DNA of 64,000 nucleotides from Anthoceros angustus (Eukaryota; Plantae; Anthocerotophyta): NCBI GenBank assembly GCA_010909165.1, contig VJWM01000126.1, positions 434,001 to 498,000 of the forward strand, read 5' to 3'. Shown piece by piece: positions 26,051 to 37,900 of this stretch (position 1 is its first letter; each line of letters starts with the position of its first letter). The notes under the pieces were generated by a model. It saw only the letters and a program-made list of their open reading frames with translations, ran no database searches and was not told where the DNA came from. The position numbers and the translations under genes were made by a program.

Positions 26051-29000
26051 AGGGTTGCCAGTGTGGGCTGTCATGGATTTCGTGCCATCGATATAGTGTA
26101 AAAGCGCCGCATGCCGCTTTATACATATTCTGTGTTTGGGATTTGAATCCTTTTATGCATATGTTCGTGCCATTGCTCTTTCATAGTTTGCATACATTCT
26201 TTGCATGCGCACGCAGTCTCCTCAAGACCGTATCCCGTATATCATATATATGAAATCGGACAAAACCATATTGTATGCCATTGACCAACTGCGCCAAAAA
26301 CCCGAGGAATGAAAAAGCCGCTTTTGTGACCGTGGAGCACATAGAAAATTGGTCCGAGAGTCGGAAGCTTTCATATTCAAATTCCCTTCAAATATTAGCA
26401 TGTTCCATCTAACTTCTCGATATTGAACATGACGCTTTTACGATGAAGACATCATGACTCAAAAATCGATACATGCATAAAACACTGCCCGCCTTGTCGA
26501 AAAGTCAAAGAAGAAAACAGCCACCGTGGCAGCGGTATTTTGCCGCCGACTATTCCACGAGTAATCCGCCGAATCGCTCGACGACGCGTTCACCGCCCGC
26601 TCGCAACCGCAACTCTGTACTACCGCACGCATTTGGCAACCGCAACTCAGTACTACGCGTAGCGGCGTTCCACACTCGACTTCACAGCCATCTGGCTGGC
26701 TGTCTGGGCCATGATGTCGGCTCGGCTTGCGCGAACCAGTAGCCCACCGTGGCACCACGTGGCGCACTCCCAGCTAATGCCTCAAGCCCTGGGCGCCTGG
26801 GCTGGCCAGCCCTGCGCCTGCCCTAGCCGCCTGGCTCATGGCCGGAGTAACGTACGCCTGCTGCCCCAGCGTCGTAGCCGGCCCCAAGCGCCAGGTTTAC
26901 TTCTGGCGCCAAACGCCCGCGCCAAACGCCTGCGCGGCGGCGCTGGGCGCCTACTGCGCGCCATATTGCTGCTCTCGGCGCGCTGGCCCCGCGGGCTGGT
27001 ACCGCGCCAAGGCTGCGGCCTGGCAAGGCTCCGCGGGGTTCGCGGCAAGGCCTGCTGGGCTCGACGGCTGCGCTCAGGCTGTGCCGCTGCTCGCACGCTC
27101 GGCATGGCCTCGCCGCGGCGGCCGCCACAAGGCCATGCCTGGGCTGGGCCCATGGACGCACGCGCCAAGCTGCTGCCGCTTCCTCGCCGCACGCTGCACT
27201 GCTGACGCCCGGCCTCGCCTGTCCGCTGCTCCGGCCAGGCCCGACGGCCGCTGGCCGGCACGGCTCCACCGCGTCCAGCCCGTCGCGGTCGCGCAACACG
27301 GCCCGCCTGCTTCACGGCCTGCTGCGGCTCGCAGCCTTCACCGCGATCTGGATCACTCCGCACCCACGGCTAGCCGCCACCTAGAAAAATTCTAGCATCA
27401 CAACACAACCAAGGCTCGACCGCTTGAAGGATCATGGGCGACCATCTTTGGTGGAAGGAGAGAGAGGAGGAGGCAAGAGTAGCTCTCTATCTTTGAGATG
27501 AGGCTTGAGGGTATTTATACCCTCAATAGGCTCCTATGAAGCTCCACAAGAAGCTCCTAGGAAGGAGCACGAAGCTTCCTAGTGATTAGGCTTAAGCTAG
27601 CTAATGATACTTAATCGACACTCCAACTTAGACTAAGTGTATTGGTCTAAGTATATTGGGCTTTAATACCCTTACAGATTCAATGGTAGTGATTACCAGA
27701 TCTGGGCCATGCGGCTTACACAGATCTTTGAGGAGAGAATGAGTTGATGGCCATCGTGGACGGCATGTAACCTTGGTCACGAACCTGTAGAACAAGGATG
27801 AAATCCTAGCCTGGGAGCGAAAGGATAGACGTGCCTGCTCTATACTCATTTCGCCTTGACAAAACCATGATGCCTCATACCATTGGAGCTAAGATCGCCA
27901 TCTTTGTTTGGAGTGTGTTCGAGTCTATCTATCGACAAGAGCTCGGCATCCCTCGTCCATGCGTACAGGGATTTCTTCAACTTAAGGATGAAGGAGAACG
28001 AGCCCGTTGAAGCTTATATCAACAAGGATCGAACCTACAGGGCCAATCTTGCTTTCGTAGACGTTCCATCAAGCACAGCCACACCCTTCTCGCCTCACTC
28101 ACCTGAGAGCTACAAAGCACTTTGTGGGTCGAACGCCACCATTCATGCTGCAGTTAAGGCGACAGCAGCTAGAGGAGTACCAGTTGTTACCCTAGAAGAG
28201 GTGATTGGAGCACTCCTCGCCGAGGAACGGTCGAGGACTTTCCACAAGCCAAGAGGCTCGAGCTCCAATAGCAACACAAGAGTTCTTTACTCTTCAAGAG
28301 GGCGTGGAGGCTTTCGTGGCCGAGGTCGGGGGAGAGGTTCTCAAGGACAGTCTCAGCGTTTTCCCAACACCAGCACTGGGAGCAACAACAAGAAGACGTT
28401 TGTGCAAGCGGTAAGATTCACAGCCATTTTGAGCGAGGCCCAGAAGAGGCAAGGTGAACCACGGCGTGACAGCCCTCCAGCAGAAAGCAATCTTACAGTC
28501 AGTAAGGCTAAGCAACCCACAATTTTGGCAGTTTGTCTATCCACCATACAAGCCCAACCTAGCTCCTGGTTTTTGGATTCGGGTGCAACCAGCCACATTT
28601 GTTTTGACAAGTCTGCCTTTTCTAGATTCATTCCTGCAGATGATTCTAAGCAGTTTGTTCTTCTGGGTGATGACAGTGGTCTTCCAATCAAAGGATCTGG
28701 TTCTGTCATTATTTTGTTGCCAGACTCTTCTCACCTTACGTTAGCAGACGTTCTTTATGTGCCTTCTATGACTAAGAATCTGATGTCTGTCATGAAGTTA
28801 GCACAAGACCACAACTGCCAAGTTTTCTTTGATCAGCAAGGGTGTACCATTTCTAGGTCAGGTCAGACCCTCTTTGTGGGCACCTGCTTTCATGATCTTT
28901 ACCTTTTAGATGTTTCCACTGCCTCTGAGGATGGTCATTATGCATATGTTGCTAACAGCCTCACTCCTCCCACTCAACTATGGCATTGTCGTCTAGGTCA

Positions 29001-31868
29001 TGTCAACTTCCAACGCCTAGCAACCCTTGTCAAAGGTGAGACATACAGAGAACCCCTTGACTTTGCCTTGATTCTGATGCTTTCTTGAGGCCTGCCAGTT
29101 GTGCAAAGCTCACAGCCTCCCCTTCAAGGACAAGGATCTCAGCAGGGCTGATGGACTACTTCACACTATACACAGTGATATATGTGGACCCATGTCCAGT
29201 TCTTTGGAGGAGGCAATTTCTTCATCACTTTCATTGATGAATGGAGCAGATACTGTGTGGTGTATATTCTGAAGCACAAGAGTGAAGCGTTGGACTGTTT
29301 CAAGTCTTATGTAAGATTCGCTGAAAGACAGACCTCTTGCAAGGTACGGATCCTACGAGCCGACAACGGTGGTGAGTACACTAGCAATGCTTTCAACAAT
29401 TTTTGTGAGCAAGAGGGTATCTTGCATCAACTCACTGTGCCCTATACACCCCAACAAAATGCATTCTCAGAAAGGAAGAATAGAACCCTGCAGGAAGCAA
29501 CCCTGGCCTCCCTCATTTTTGCTGGACTTACCCGTGGGTACTGGGCAGAAGCTTTGATGGCAGCCAATTATGTTCAGAATCGGCTTCCCACCAAAGAGCT
29601 TGGCAAGGTTACTCCCTTCGAGCGCTGGACTGGCAAGAAACCCCGAGTGCAACACTTCATAATTTTTTGAGCACCGGATATGCCCTTGTACCTCCCCGCA
29701 TAGTGTCAAATTAGACCCTCGTGCCTCTAGGCACGTTTCGTCAGTACTACGATGAAGTGAAGGGCTACAAGCTTTTTGATCCTGCCTCTCGCCAACTCAC
29801 ACTTTCCAGGAGTGTCATCTTTCATGAGGCAGCTCTCCTTCGTCGACATATGGCCACTCTTGAGCCCCAGGCGCATCCTCAGACTCCTTCCATTTATGGC
29901 ATTATTGAGGATGACCCCTCTCAACAGGACGAGGTCACCTTTTTTGACGATGAGGATCCTTCTTCGGATTACCAGGGGGACCTCAGTCAACCTCAGCCTC
30001 AGCTTCCGACTCAGCCTCAGCTTCCGACACAGCAACCTCTTCCAGTTCTCGGCAGCCATGATGATGATCCTGCTGATAACGATACATCAGGTACGACCAA
30101 TGAAGTTGAACCTGTATCCATCTCTGTTGCTGATGAACCTGAACCTGAGGATGTTGTCCATTTTAATCCTGAAGAAGCAGTTCCCCTTAGACGTTCTACC
30201 CGTCTTAGAAGACCTATGCATGAGTGGCAGGAACCTCCTTTCAAGCTAGAATTGTGACTTCTGACCCTGTTGCACTTAGTGTTTCTGCATCACTAGGAGA
30301 ACCTGCAACTTATAAGGAAGCCATAGAAGGTCCTGAGTCTGCCTTTTGGAAAGCTGCCATAGACTCAGAATACCAATCACTCATTAAGAACCAAACTTGG
30401 AAACTGGTAGACCTTCCTAAAGGGAGAAAACCTGTAGAATGCAAATGGGTCTTCAAGAAAAAGCTAAATACAGACGGAATTGTTGGTCGTTACAAGGCTC
30501 GTCTTGTAGCTAAGGGTTATAGTCAGATCCCCGGTCTGGACTACAATGAAACCTTTGCACCTGTCGTCAAATCCACATCTGTTAGGATCTTGCTTTCTAT
30601 TGCTGCCCATTATGGTCTCCTAGTCCATCAGCTTGATGTGAAGACAGCATTTCTGAATGGCTTTCTGGAAGAGGAGATATTCATGTGCCAACCCGAAGGT
30701 TTTATCATAGACGAGGACAAAGTCTGTAAGTTACTCAAGACTCTGTACGGCCTCAAACAAGCTTCTCGGGCCTGGTATGAAGTGTTTCATAAGTTGCTCA
30801 TTGAGCTTGGTTTCACTTGCCTTGATGCCGACACAAGTGTGTATGTTCTGTGGGAAGGAAGTGATTTTATGATACTCACCGTCTATGTAGACGATAACTT
30901 CCTCTTTAGCAACTCTCCTAGTATGATGGCTAGAATTAAAGCTGTACTTCTCTCTAAGTTTGAGATGACAGATCTAGGTGAACTCACTTTTTCCCTGGGT
31001 GTGCAATTTCACTTTAATAGGACTGATGGTACTATAGATATCCACCAAGAGCATTTTGTGCTTCAACTCTTAGAGCGCTTCAAAATCTGGATATAAACCA
31101 GTCTACACCCATGTCGATAGGTGAAACTTTCCTTAGAACAGTGTCCTGTAACCTTTGAGGAAAAACAAGCCATGGCCAGTACTCCATACAGACAGGCAGT
31201 AGGTTCCCTCATTTATTTATCAAGCTGGACACGAATGGACATTACCGCAAGGGGAGCCGCGTTCTTGGAGAACCACGGCCCTATACCTTTGAGGCTAGCG
31301 TAAAAGCGTATATTCCAGACCTCTCAAAGCCTTTGCAAGGAAGGGTTTACGCTTGAAAAATCAAAGAGGTCTGGATCTCACTGCCATGATGCCGATTGAA
31401 CGGTGACCACGATCTGAGAAGAGTGTAGCGGCCTCTTGTACCTTCATGGGGACATCAATTTGTTCATGGTCGAGCAAGAAGATTCCTACAATCTGCCTTT
31501 CCTCAACTGAGGCGGAGTATGCAGCCATGACACAAGCATCAAAGGAGATCATCTGGATAAGGAGCTTTCTCAAGGGACTGCGTTTTCCTCAGACTGGACC
31601 AACACCTCTCTGGTGTGACAATCAATCAGCTATTGCCCTCACCAAAAATCCGGTCTTCCATGCATGTTCGAAGCACATAGAGATCAGTCACCACTTCATT
31701 CGACAAGCTTCTGAAAAAGGAGAGGTAACAGTGTCTTATGTCCCAACAGGGGACAATGTATCTGATCTTCTCACAAAGGCACTCTCTAAACCTACTCATG
31801 ACAAGCATACTACTGCTGCTGGCATTTGTTTAATCCCTTCAGTGTCCACTAAGGGCACTGCCCACTAA

Positions 31869-32548
31869 TCAACCCTTGTGTGGGAGTTTGTCGTTCTTGC
31901 TCAGAGCCTTGATCAGGTCTTCTCTAGCTTTATCAGCCTTGGCAAACTCTTCAGGAAGGGCTGCACAGCACATAGGTGGTCAGTGTATGAGAAATGGTCT
32001 GCCAGTAGGACAGAGTAAAGGCACTTACATCCATAAGTCACTAGCAAGCCAGACTCTGTCACATGAGGTTCAGGTTTCTTCTCCACGTTCTCCTTTTTCT
32101 TCGCACTTCTCCTAGTAATCTTGCGTCCCCACTCTTTCTCCATGTAGTCTTCATCTTCAGAGTCTATGGGAAGGGGAACCTTGATGTAGTTCAGAAGTTC
32201 CTCCTTTGTAGGGTCCACTGCCACATCTGCTATACCAGCCTTCTTGAGCTTGCTCTCTGTTTCCTTCAACGTCATCTTGTGAAACTCTGCAGAAGAGGCA
32301 ACAAAGACTTGCTTTGGGTTGCCTCTGTTGTCAAAGTTCTGGACTCTTCTTGCCATTTTCGCCTTGGAGCAGTCTTTTGGCAGGGGAGAACCAGCTGGAG
32401 TGTTGAAGCAAACTATGTTGGAGTCCGGACAGCTCATGGCGTGAAGAGTCGACTGGCGCTCCGAAAACTTGCGTAAAGGGACCCACAGTCTCTCGCAACC
32501 CAGACACTTCAGGCCTTGTGTTGCGTCCGACATATCGACCTGTGACAT
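31869..32548 (-). CDS. C1 antisense gene, 203 aa, one 68-nt intron (31961-32028), putative C-x2-C-x17-H-x3-C zinc finger
   Basis: ATG at 32548 (MSQVDMSDATQGLKCLGC...); donor GTAAGT and acceptor GTGCAG give in-frame ...VTYG-SLPEEFAKADKAREDLIKALSKNDKLPHKG*; TGA at 31869-31871 abuts the pol TAA at 31866-31868. Confidence 0.7.
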
Positions 32549-34949
32549 CTTTGGAGTGAGCGCCGAGCCGGAGCCGAGGACCGCCACGGCTGTAAGACTC
32601 CCGGAATGAAGAAGACGGTCCACGATGAGAATGCGAGGCTCCGTTACCGAAATGTGGCCATCGTGAGCTTCTTATGCTTGGAGCATGGAGCGTAAGCAGG
32701 AGGATGTAGTAGGACACTTGAGCGAGCGATGCATCGCTCACGTTTAGCTTTTGTTAGACGATGATGAACTTGAAGTTTTTCCTTATTTTCCCGCTTCCTA
32801 AAATGCAAACTAAGTGGGAGTATTGGAATTAAGTTAGTAGTTATGAATGGTTAGACCATTCTAGTTTATTAATTAGTTATGCCTCGATTGGGACGGTTTA
32901 ATAACGCTGGCATCTTGTATATAATGCGGCTATTCTCCTTCAATATTACCTCTTTATTCATGCTTGGCTCTCACTTATCTTGCTCCCCGCTATGCCTGCA
33001 CCACGCACTAGTGATGTTAGATCCTAGTCTACCATTTTCATAACACCTACCACCACGCCCACCAACGACGTCAGTGGAGACCACTCACCGTGGTAGTGAA
33101 GCTGAATGGGCGGGCGACAGATCGCGACGCCAAGACCCCTCATGAGGACCAAGTGCAACCGTGTGTAGTCACGGGAGGAGGGGGTAAGCACCACCAGCAG
33201 AGGTCCTATTATGTCATGGCACGTGGATGAGAAACCATTACCTGTCTATATGTGAATGGAGAACGTGCTTAACCTCACCGCCCATGTGCGTGTGGAAATA
33301 GGAGGGACTGGGGCCTACCATCGCAAGTGAGGACCCGGCGCATACTTCTACCATCGCGCCGGGGTTGGCTCCTATTATGGAGGCGACTTTGGAGGAGTTG
33401 AGCGAGGAGGAGGTCCAGCTTGGGTGGATGAGGAACCGTGGTAATAATCCTCAAAGAATAGCGGCCAGCGGAAGATGCGAAGCCCGAAGGTGGTACACCT
33501 CAAATTAGGCCAGCAGTGAGTGAGGTGGAAGTGTGGGAGAACCCGTCTGGGCAAGGTGAGAGCTCGTGGCGAATGGAGGACGAGGGCTGCGCCAAGTCGA
33601 GGTAGGGCGCCAGATAGCGAGGTGGTGGTAGCAACCTAAAGATAATTTGGTTAGGATGTCTCGACCTAGGATCGCCCGAATTGTGGGCGGCCCTTTAGTT
33701 TTCTTAGGACCAAACTGGGAAAACGGGTGCGATGTATAAGAGGGGCAACTGCCCTCCACACAGATAACTCGGTTGAGATCCCCACGCCTGTGGCTGGTTG
33801 GAGACGTCCGATGAGAGGTGTGCGCGAGACGCCCTAGGGGTGGTCGAGAGCTTGCTCGCAACGGGAGGAGAAAGCAATCTTGGCCGATAAGGAGGAGGAA
33901 ACCAAGGGATTGGCGCGGGCGGTCCGGAGCTTGCTCAACGCCTGGCCGCCGGGGTTCTTCTCCTTCACCTTGTGTTGTGTTCAAATTGAGAGAGAAGTGT
34001 TGAGTGGATGGTTGGAAGCCGAATTGAGGAGGGAGAGAGAGAGAGAGAAGAGATTGGGTGAAGGAGAGATCAGACGCTGGCGAGGTGTGAGATCGTTGAG
34101 AAGGAGCGAATTGGAGAGCGGTGAGTGTGAATAGAAACCAAACCGGTGCATGGAAGTGCACAAGGAACAACGCTGTAGAAAGTTGTGGGGTGGCGCCTTG
34201 TGTGTGTGTGTGTGTGAGGAGCGGGAGGTATCCTAGGGAATTTGGTCCCTAGGAAGGGAGTGAAGTGTGGAGTGTAATAAAGTCCGATCCGGAGCGCACG
34301 CCTGCGGTGTGGGATCCGCACCGGAAATAAGTCGCTAGGGTTTGGTGTGGACCCACCGTGGTTGTAAGCAACTACCCGGTGAGTGGCCCGGAACGGAACG
34401 AGATTTGGGGAATAAGAGTGGTAGTTGATAGACAAGAGTAGAGGAGTAGTGCAAGGAGTAGTGTCGACTTAGGCAAAGGTGAAGTGATAGAAGTTAGCGC
34501 CTCACAAACCATTCCCTTGGGAGCGAATCCTAAGCCTACAACGACATTGAGGGTGAATGGACCTCTGTCCCCACGACACCACACTCCACATTTTGGCGCT
34601 GCGGGAATGGAATCGCCAAGGACGAGGTAGAACTAACCATAGCTAAGTAGAGTCTAGCATTACTAGATTGATGGATGCCTCGTGGAGACAAGCGATTCGA
34701 TCCGACTGGGGAAACGCTCGCAAGACGGCAACGCCATGGAAAGATTGCAGAGAGTTACGAGGAGAGCGGAGATCACACTTGCCGGACGAGGAAGGGGAGG
34801 AGTCAACTCGGAACTAGGGATCGGATCTTATCGGATTCGATTCCCAACTCTCGACTATGAAGCGGTACAAGGCCGTGTACCCGATCCCACCTTGTCTTTT
34901 GATCTCGCCCGATTGCCTAGATCCGCAATTCACCACTGAATGTAGAGGT

Positions 34950-37900
34950 CACCCGCACGTAGTGGCCGCCAACTACCGCAGCTGAAAGTACTACCAGTAG
35001 TTATGGCTGCGATCTGTGCTTGTTACTACTAAGCAATCACCCCGGAGAAAAGAAGGGCCATGAGGATCCCGACGAGTTTGTCGAGCTGCTTTGAGCTGAC
35101 GCTTGCCAACCGTGAGGATGCGATCGTGCCCACTGCTTTATGGAGTCTTACGCCCAAGTGGTACAAGCGGAGTACATAGCTTCTTCCACACCCCGCCTAC
35201 TTTGGGGCCTTAAGAGAGCTTTTGTGAAAGATCAGAGGGGTCGATGTGGAAGGATATGTCTGTCCAAACTCGAGGGATTGCGAGAGGGAAGAAGGAGACC
35301 CGCAGCTTATGTGGAAAGGTTCCACACCACGGATCGGGCCGGTCCGCACTCGAGCTAATGGCCATTCACCGGTTTGCAAGAGGATTGGGCGCGAGATGGG
35401 AAGACACGCTCCAGTCGAGAAAGATTTGGATCGGGCGATCAAAGCGCTCGAACTATGAGGAGTCCAACGCGAAGAGAAGAAGAACTCGAACAAGGGCGCA
35501 GGAAGGACAAAAAGAAATACAAAAGAAGAAGAAGTACTATTCGCCCTCCGATGACAGCCCTGGAGGAGGATAGTTTTCAACCGACTCGGTAGCTCCATGG
35601 AAGAGGAGACCAATGAGGATTCGGAGGAGAATTCGCCAAGGTGAGCGCAATCAAGGGATAGAAGGAAGAAGGGAAAAATGATCGGGAAACAAGACGACGT
35701 AAAAGGGAAGGAGCCGCTATATGCACGAAAGGACGCGGAGCGAGAAGAGAGGTGGAAACAAAGAGCCAAAAAGTGGAGCAACAAGGGAACAAGATGGAGG
35801 AAATGATGGTCAAACCGAGAAACTCCATCTTAATGCCATCAAGGACCATGATAGAAGAAGGGTTGCTACCGGAGCGCGGCGAATCTCTTCGCTCAACTTG
35901 TGGACAAAGGGCACTCGAGGTCGAATGCCCACAAACAAAAGTGCAACTGGGCTACGAGGAGGATGAGGAGATGTGCTTGGAAGATACATACCAAATTCAA
36001 GAGGCACCGATCTCGGTACCAAAACTTTGTACCCTCAAGTTTACGAAACCCCACGTATGGGTATTCGATCGATGGCAAGGAACCCGCAAATGAGTGCCAC
36101 AAGGTTACAATTGCCGAGGGTTCGCATCTTGCTGCTGGATGCCCCTCCGCATCTCGCCAGGAATGGTGATTTTGAAAGGTCGTGTGGAAAAGCAATCGTC
36201 ACGTGAGGCCTCCGGACACCAAAGAAACATGTGAGGATCGCTCAACCTCCGGACCCCACCCCGCAGACAAAGAAAGCCCGCTGCCAATGCAAGTCAAGAT
36301 GCGCCATGGTCAGATGGGAGGATTCCGAGGCCAGTACCGAGGAGCCCGAAGGGTTGGGGATGTGGATAGGTATTACTAACTCCGCGATGGTGCTCGGACG
36401 GAGCGGCGAGAGGAAGGCGACACCCTAAGAAGGGAAAAAAAGAGAAGAAGAACGGAGTGGAGCCCATAACGTCCGCAAGTGAGGAGGAAGAGGCGCTTCA
36501 TCAAAGCGGGAAGGAAGGTCCAACCACAAAACGAGGGACTGGTATGGGAAGAAAAAAAAAAAGGGCATGAATCCAAATGGACGGGAGCAAGGCACTAACG
36601 CCACACTTAACGCGATTGCGATGGATGGCATCACGTGTAACTCCCTTAGCAGAGACCGCTGGATTCGAGGGTGAAGTGCAACGAGGACGGACGGTGACTC
36701 GAGTCACATGGGGCGAAAACCCGCAAGAGGAAAAAAGGATGAGTTGGCGTCGAGGAAGTTATATGATCCGAAGAAGAATGAACCGACCGCATTTTGGCCA
36801 CCGGCCCACCGACCCACCTACCGCCGCCAGTTCAACATGCAACATCACCACCATGTTGCGAAATGACGGTGGGGTTGGCAAGGAGAAACAGCACACAGTG
36901 TTCCTTTCAATTTGGCGAAGCTATCATGGACCAAAAGTTCATGATAACATTCGATCTCGTGACAATCCATGCATCACCAAAGAACTGGGGCATTGAAGGC
37001 GCACAACCCAAGAAGAGACGGAACCTTTCCACCCCAAGGCCGAAATCCTTGGTGAATATGGTGGCCATGATGGACTGTGACCATGAGCTATAGAAAATTG
37101 GGATGTGTAATCAAGAAGGTGCCGCTAGATTCCGGTCGGGGTCAACATCATGACAGAGGAGACCGCCTAAGCTTGGGTTGATAGAACATACATCAAAGGT
37201 GTTGGTCGGAGACATGTCCAAAATGGCGTAGGGGAGTTGACGGGAGTCCTAACCCATATTGGTACCATTCCGCACTCATGGACTACGTGGTCATTAAACA
37301 AAAAGCGCTGTATGAGGTTCTCATTGACGAACATGGATGTATGGGGCACGTTGCACCTTCAAATGGGCGAGAAAGGAAGTGGGATTCAAACCTGACGGGA
37401 CCCCAAAATTAAGGAGGAAGGATATGTTTGACTTGGAGAGATAATGCGAGACACCCACGAAACGGAGGGATACACCTCACAAGATACCGGGGAGAGATGA
37501 GAAGGAGAAATTCCCATTCGCATATTTCGTGGTCGATGAAGAGGACGACAGGAGAGATATTCCCATTCCATCAACCTATTAGGGTGCTATGGAGTCACAA
37601 TTGACAACCGGTGGGGAGGAGGATCGACCAGAAGGCCGGGACGAGGTCGAGGAACAGAAGTAGAGGTGGTCAGCGGGAGAGCGACGATCCGACAAACTCG
37701 GAGGGTGCGAGGGTGTCTCACGCTTTACCTCGACGACCTATTCCGGAATGGGGAATGCAAGGAGAACCAAGACAAATGGAGGAAGGGTTCGCAATCACAT
37801 CCGCCGGTGGAAAGAGAGTGGGCATGACGGATGAGGTCAAGGACGTGGAAGTGTTGCCGGCAAGGTCCTTAAGTTTTCAACAGGATGAATGCACTTGGAA

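Larger units (their letters stand above)
16887..26120. repeat. Dispersed GC-rich palindrome GGCGCCGGCATGCCGGCGCC (perfect at 16887-16906 and 23077-23096) with roughly 15 partial copies
   Basis: Clusters at 16887-16990, 19237-19790 and 23077-23480; single copies near 24857 and 26107; all lie inside D and outside its recognisable domain-coding segments. Confidence 0.9.
16484..26404. mobile_element. Element D: 9921-bp cut-and-paste DNA transposon (DUF7869/Sola-like), ~30-bp imperfect TIRs, 4-bp TSD CCAT, with cargo genes
   Basis: Left AACATGGTAATATTTGAAAGGG versus right end reverse-complemented AACATGCTAATATTTGAAGGG (17 of the first 18 nt match); CCAT at 16480-16483 and 26405-26408; excision restores the C2 gag frame exactly. 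Confidence 0.9.
12790..26455 (-). pseudogene. C2 gag-pol, split by element D inside gag and heavily frameshifted
   Basis: Removing D restores NIEKLDGTNFPFWKEQVYNVLVQKKQ; LDELARSTIMLTLSK, CHYCHKxG zinc knuckle, KADNGG (integrase), ILYVDDMLI (RT), HCDSSAIQLAKNPMFHAKTKH (RNase H). Confidence 0.9.
12501..27676 (-). mobile_element. Element C2: Ty1/Copia, LTRs 12501-12759 and 27425-27676, TSD GATTC, GC-rich 5' leader ~26460-27424
   Basis: TG...CA LTRs on the minus strand; GATTC at 12496-12500 and 27677-27681; PPT AAGTGGGAGGT; degraded Met PBS (AGCGGTCGAGCC). Confidence 0.93.
12429..31868 (+). pseudogene. C1 gag-pol (12429-12500 plus 27682-31868), interrupted by C2 and frameshifted
   Basis: Removing C2 restores KDRFNGSDYQIWAMRL; WFLDSGATSH (protease), LWHCRLGH (GAG-pre-integrase), LRADNGGEY (integrase), QLDVKTAFLNG and VYVDD (RT), STEAEY and CDNQSAIAL (RNase H). 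Confidence 0.92.
11511..33042 (+). mobile_element. Element C1: Ty1/Copia with non-canonical TA...TA termini; LTRs 11511-11749 and 32821-33042; TSD ACACC
   Basis: ACACC at 11506-11510 and 33043-33047; the empty site GAAACACCTAC survives in B's other LTR (~42504); PBS TGGTATCAGAGC 11750-11761; PPT AAGTGGGAG ending 32820. Confidence 0.93.
8326..34578 (+). repeat. 5' LTR of B (8326-11510 plus 33043-34578), with an internal ~960-bp tandem duplication (~8902-9870 / 9871-10828)
   Basis: Collinear with 40427-44144; the block GGAAGGC...ATGGAGGAGGTAGGAACTCGAG...GAGGTGGCGGAGGAAG is present twice here and once in the 3' LTR. Confidence 0.85.

Noticed and set aside
26711-27395. Several 158-185 aa ORFs
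   Set aside because: Stop-poor GC-rich 5' leader of Copia C2; open on both strands.
31869-32623. C1 extra ORF as an env-like gene
   Set aside because: It is antisense and has no signal peptide or transmembrane segment.
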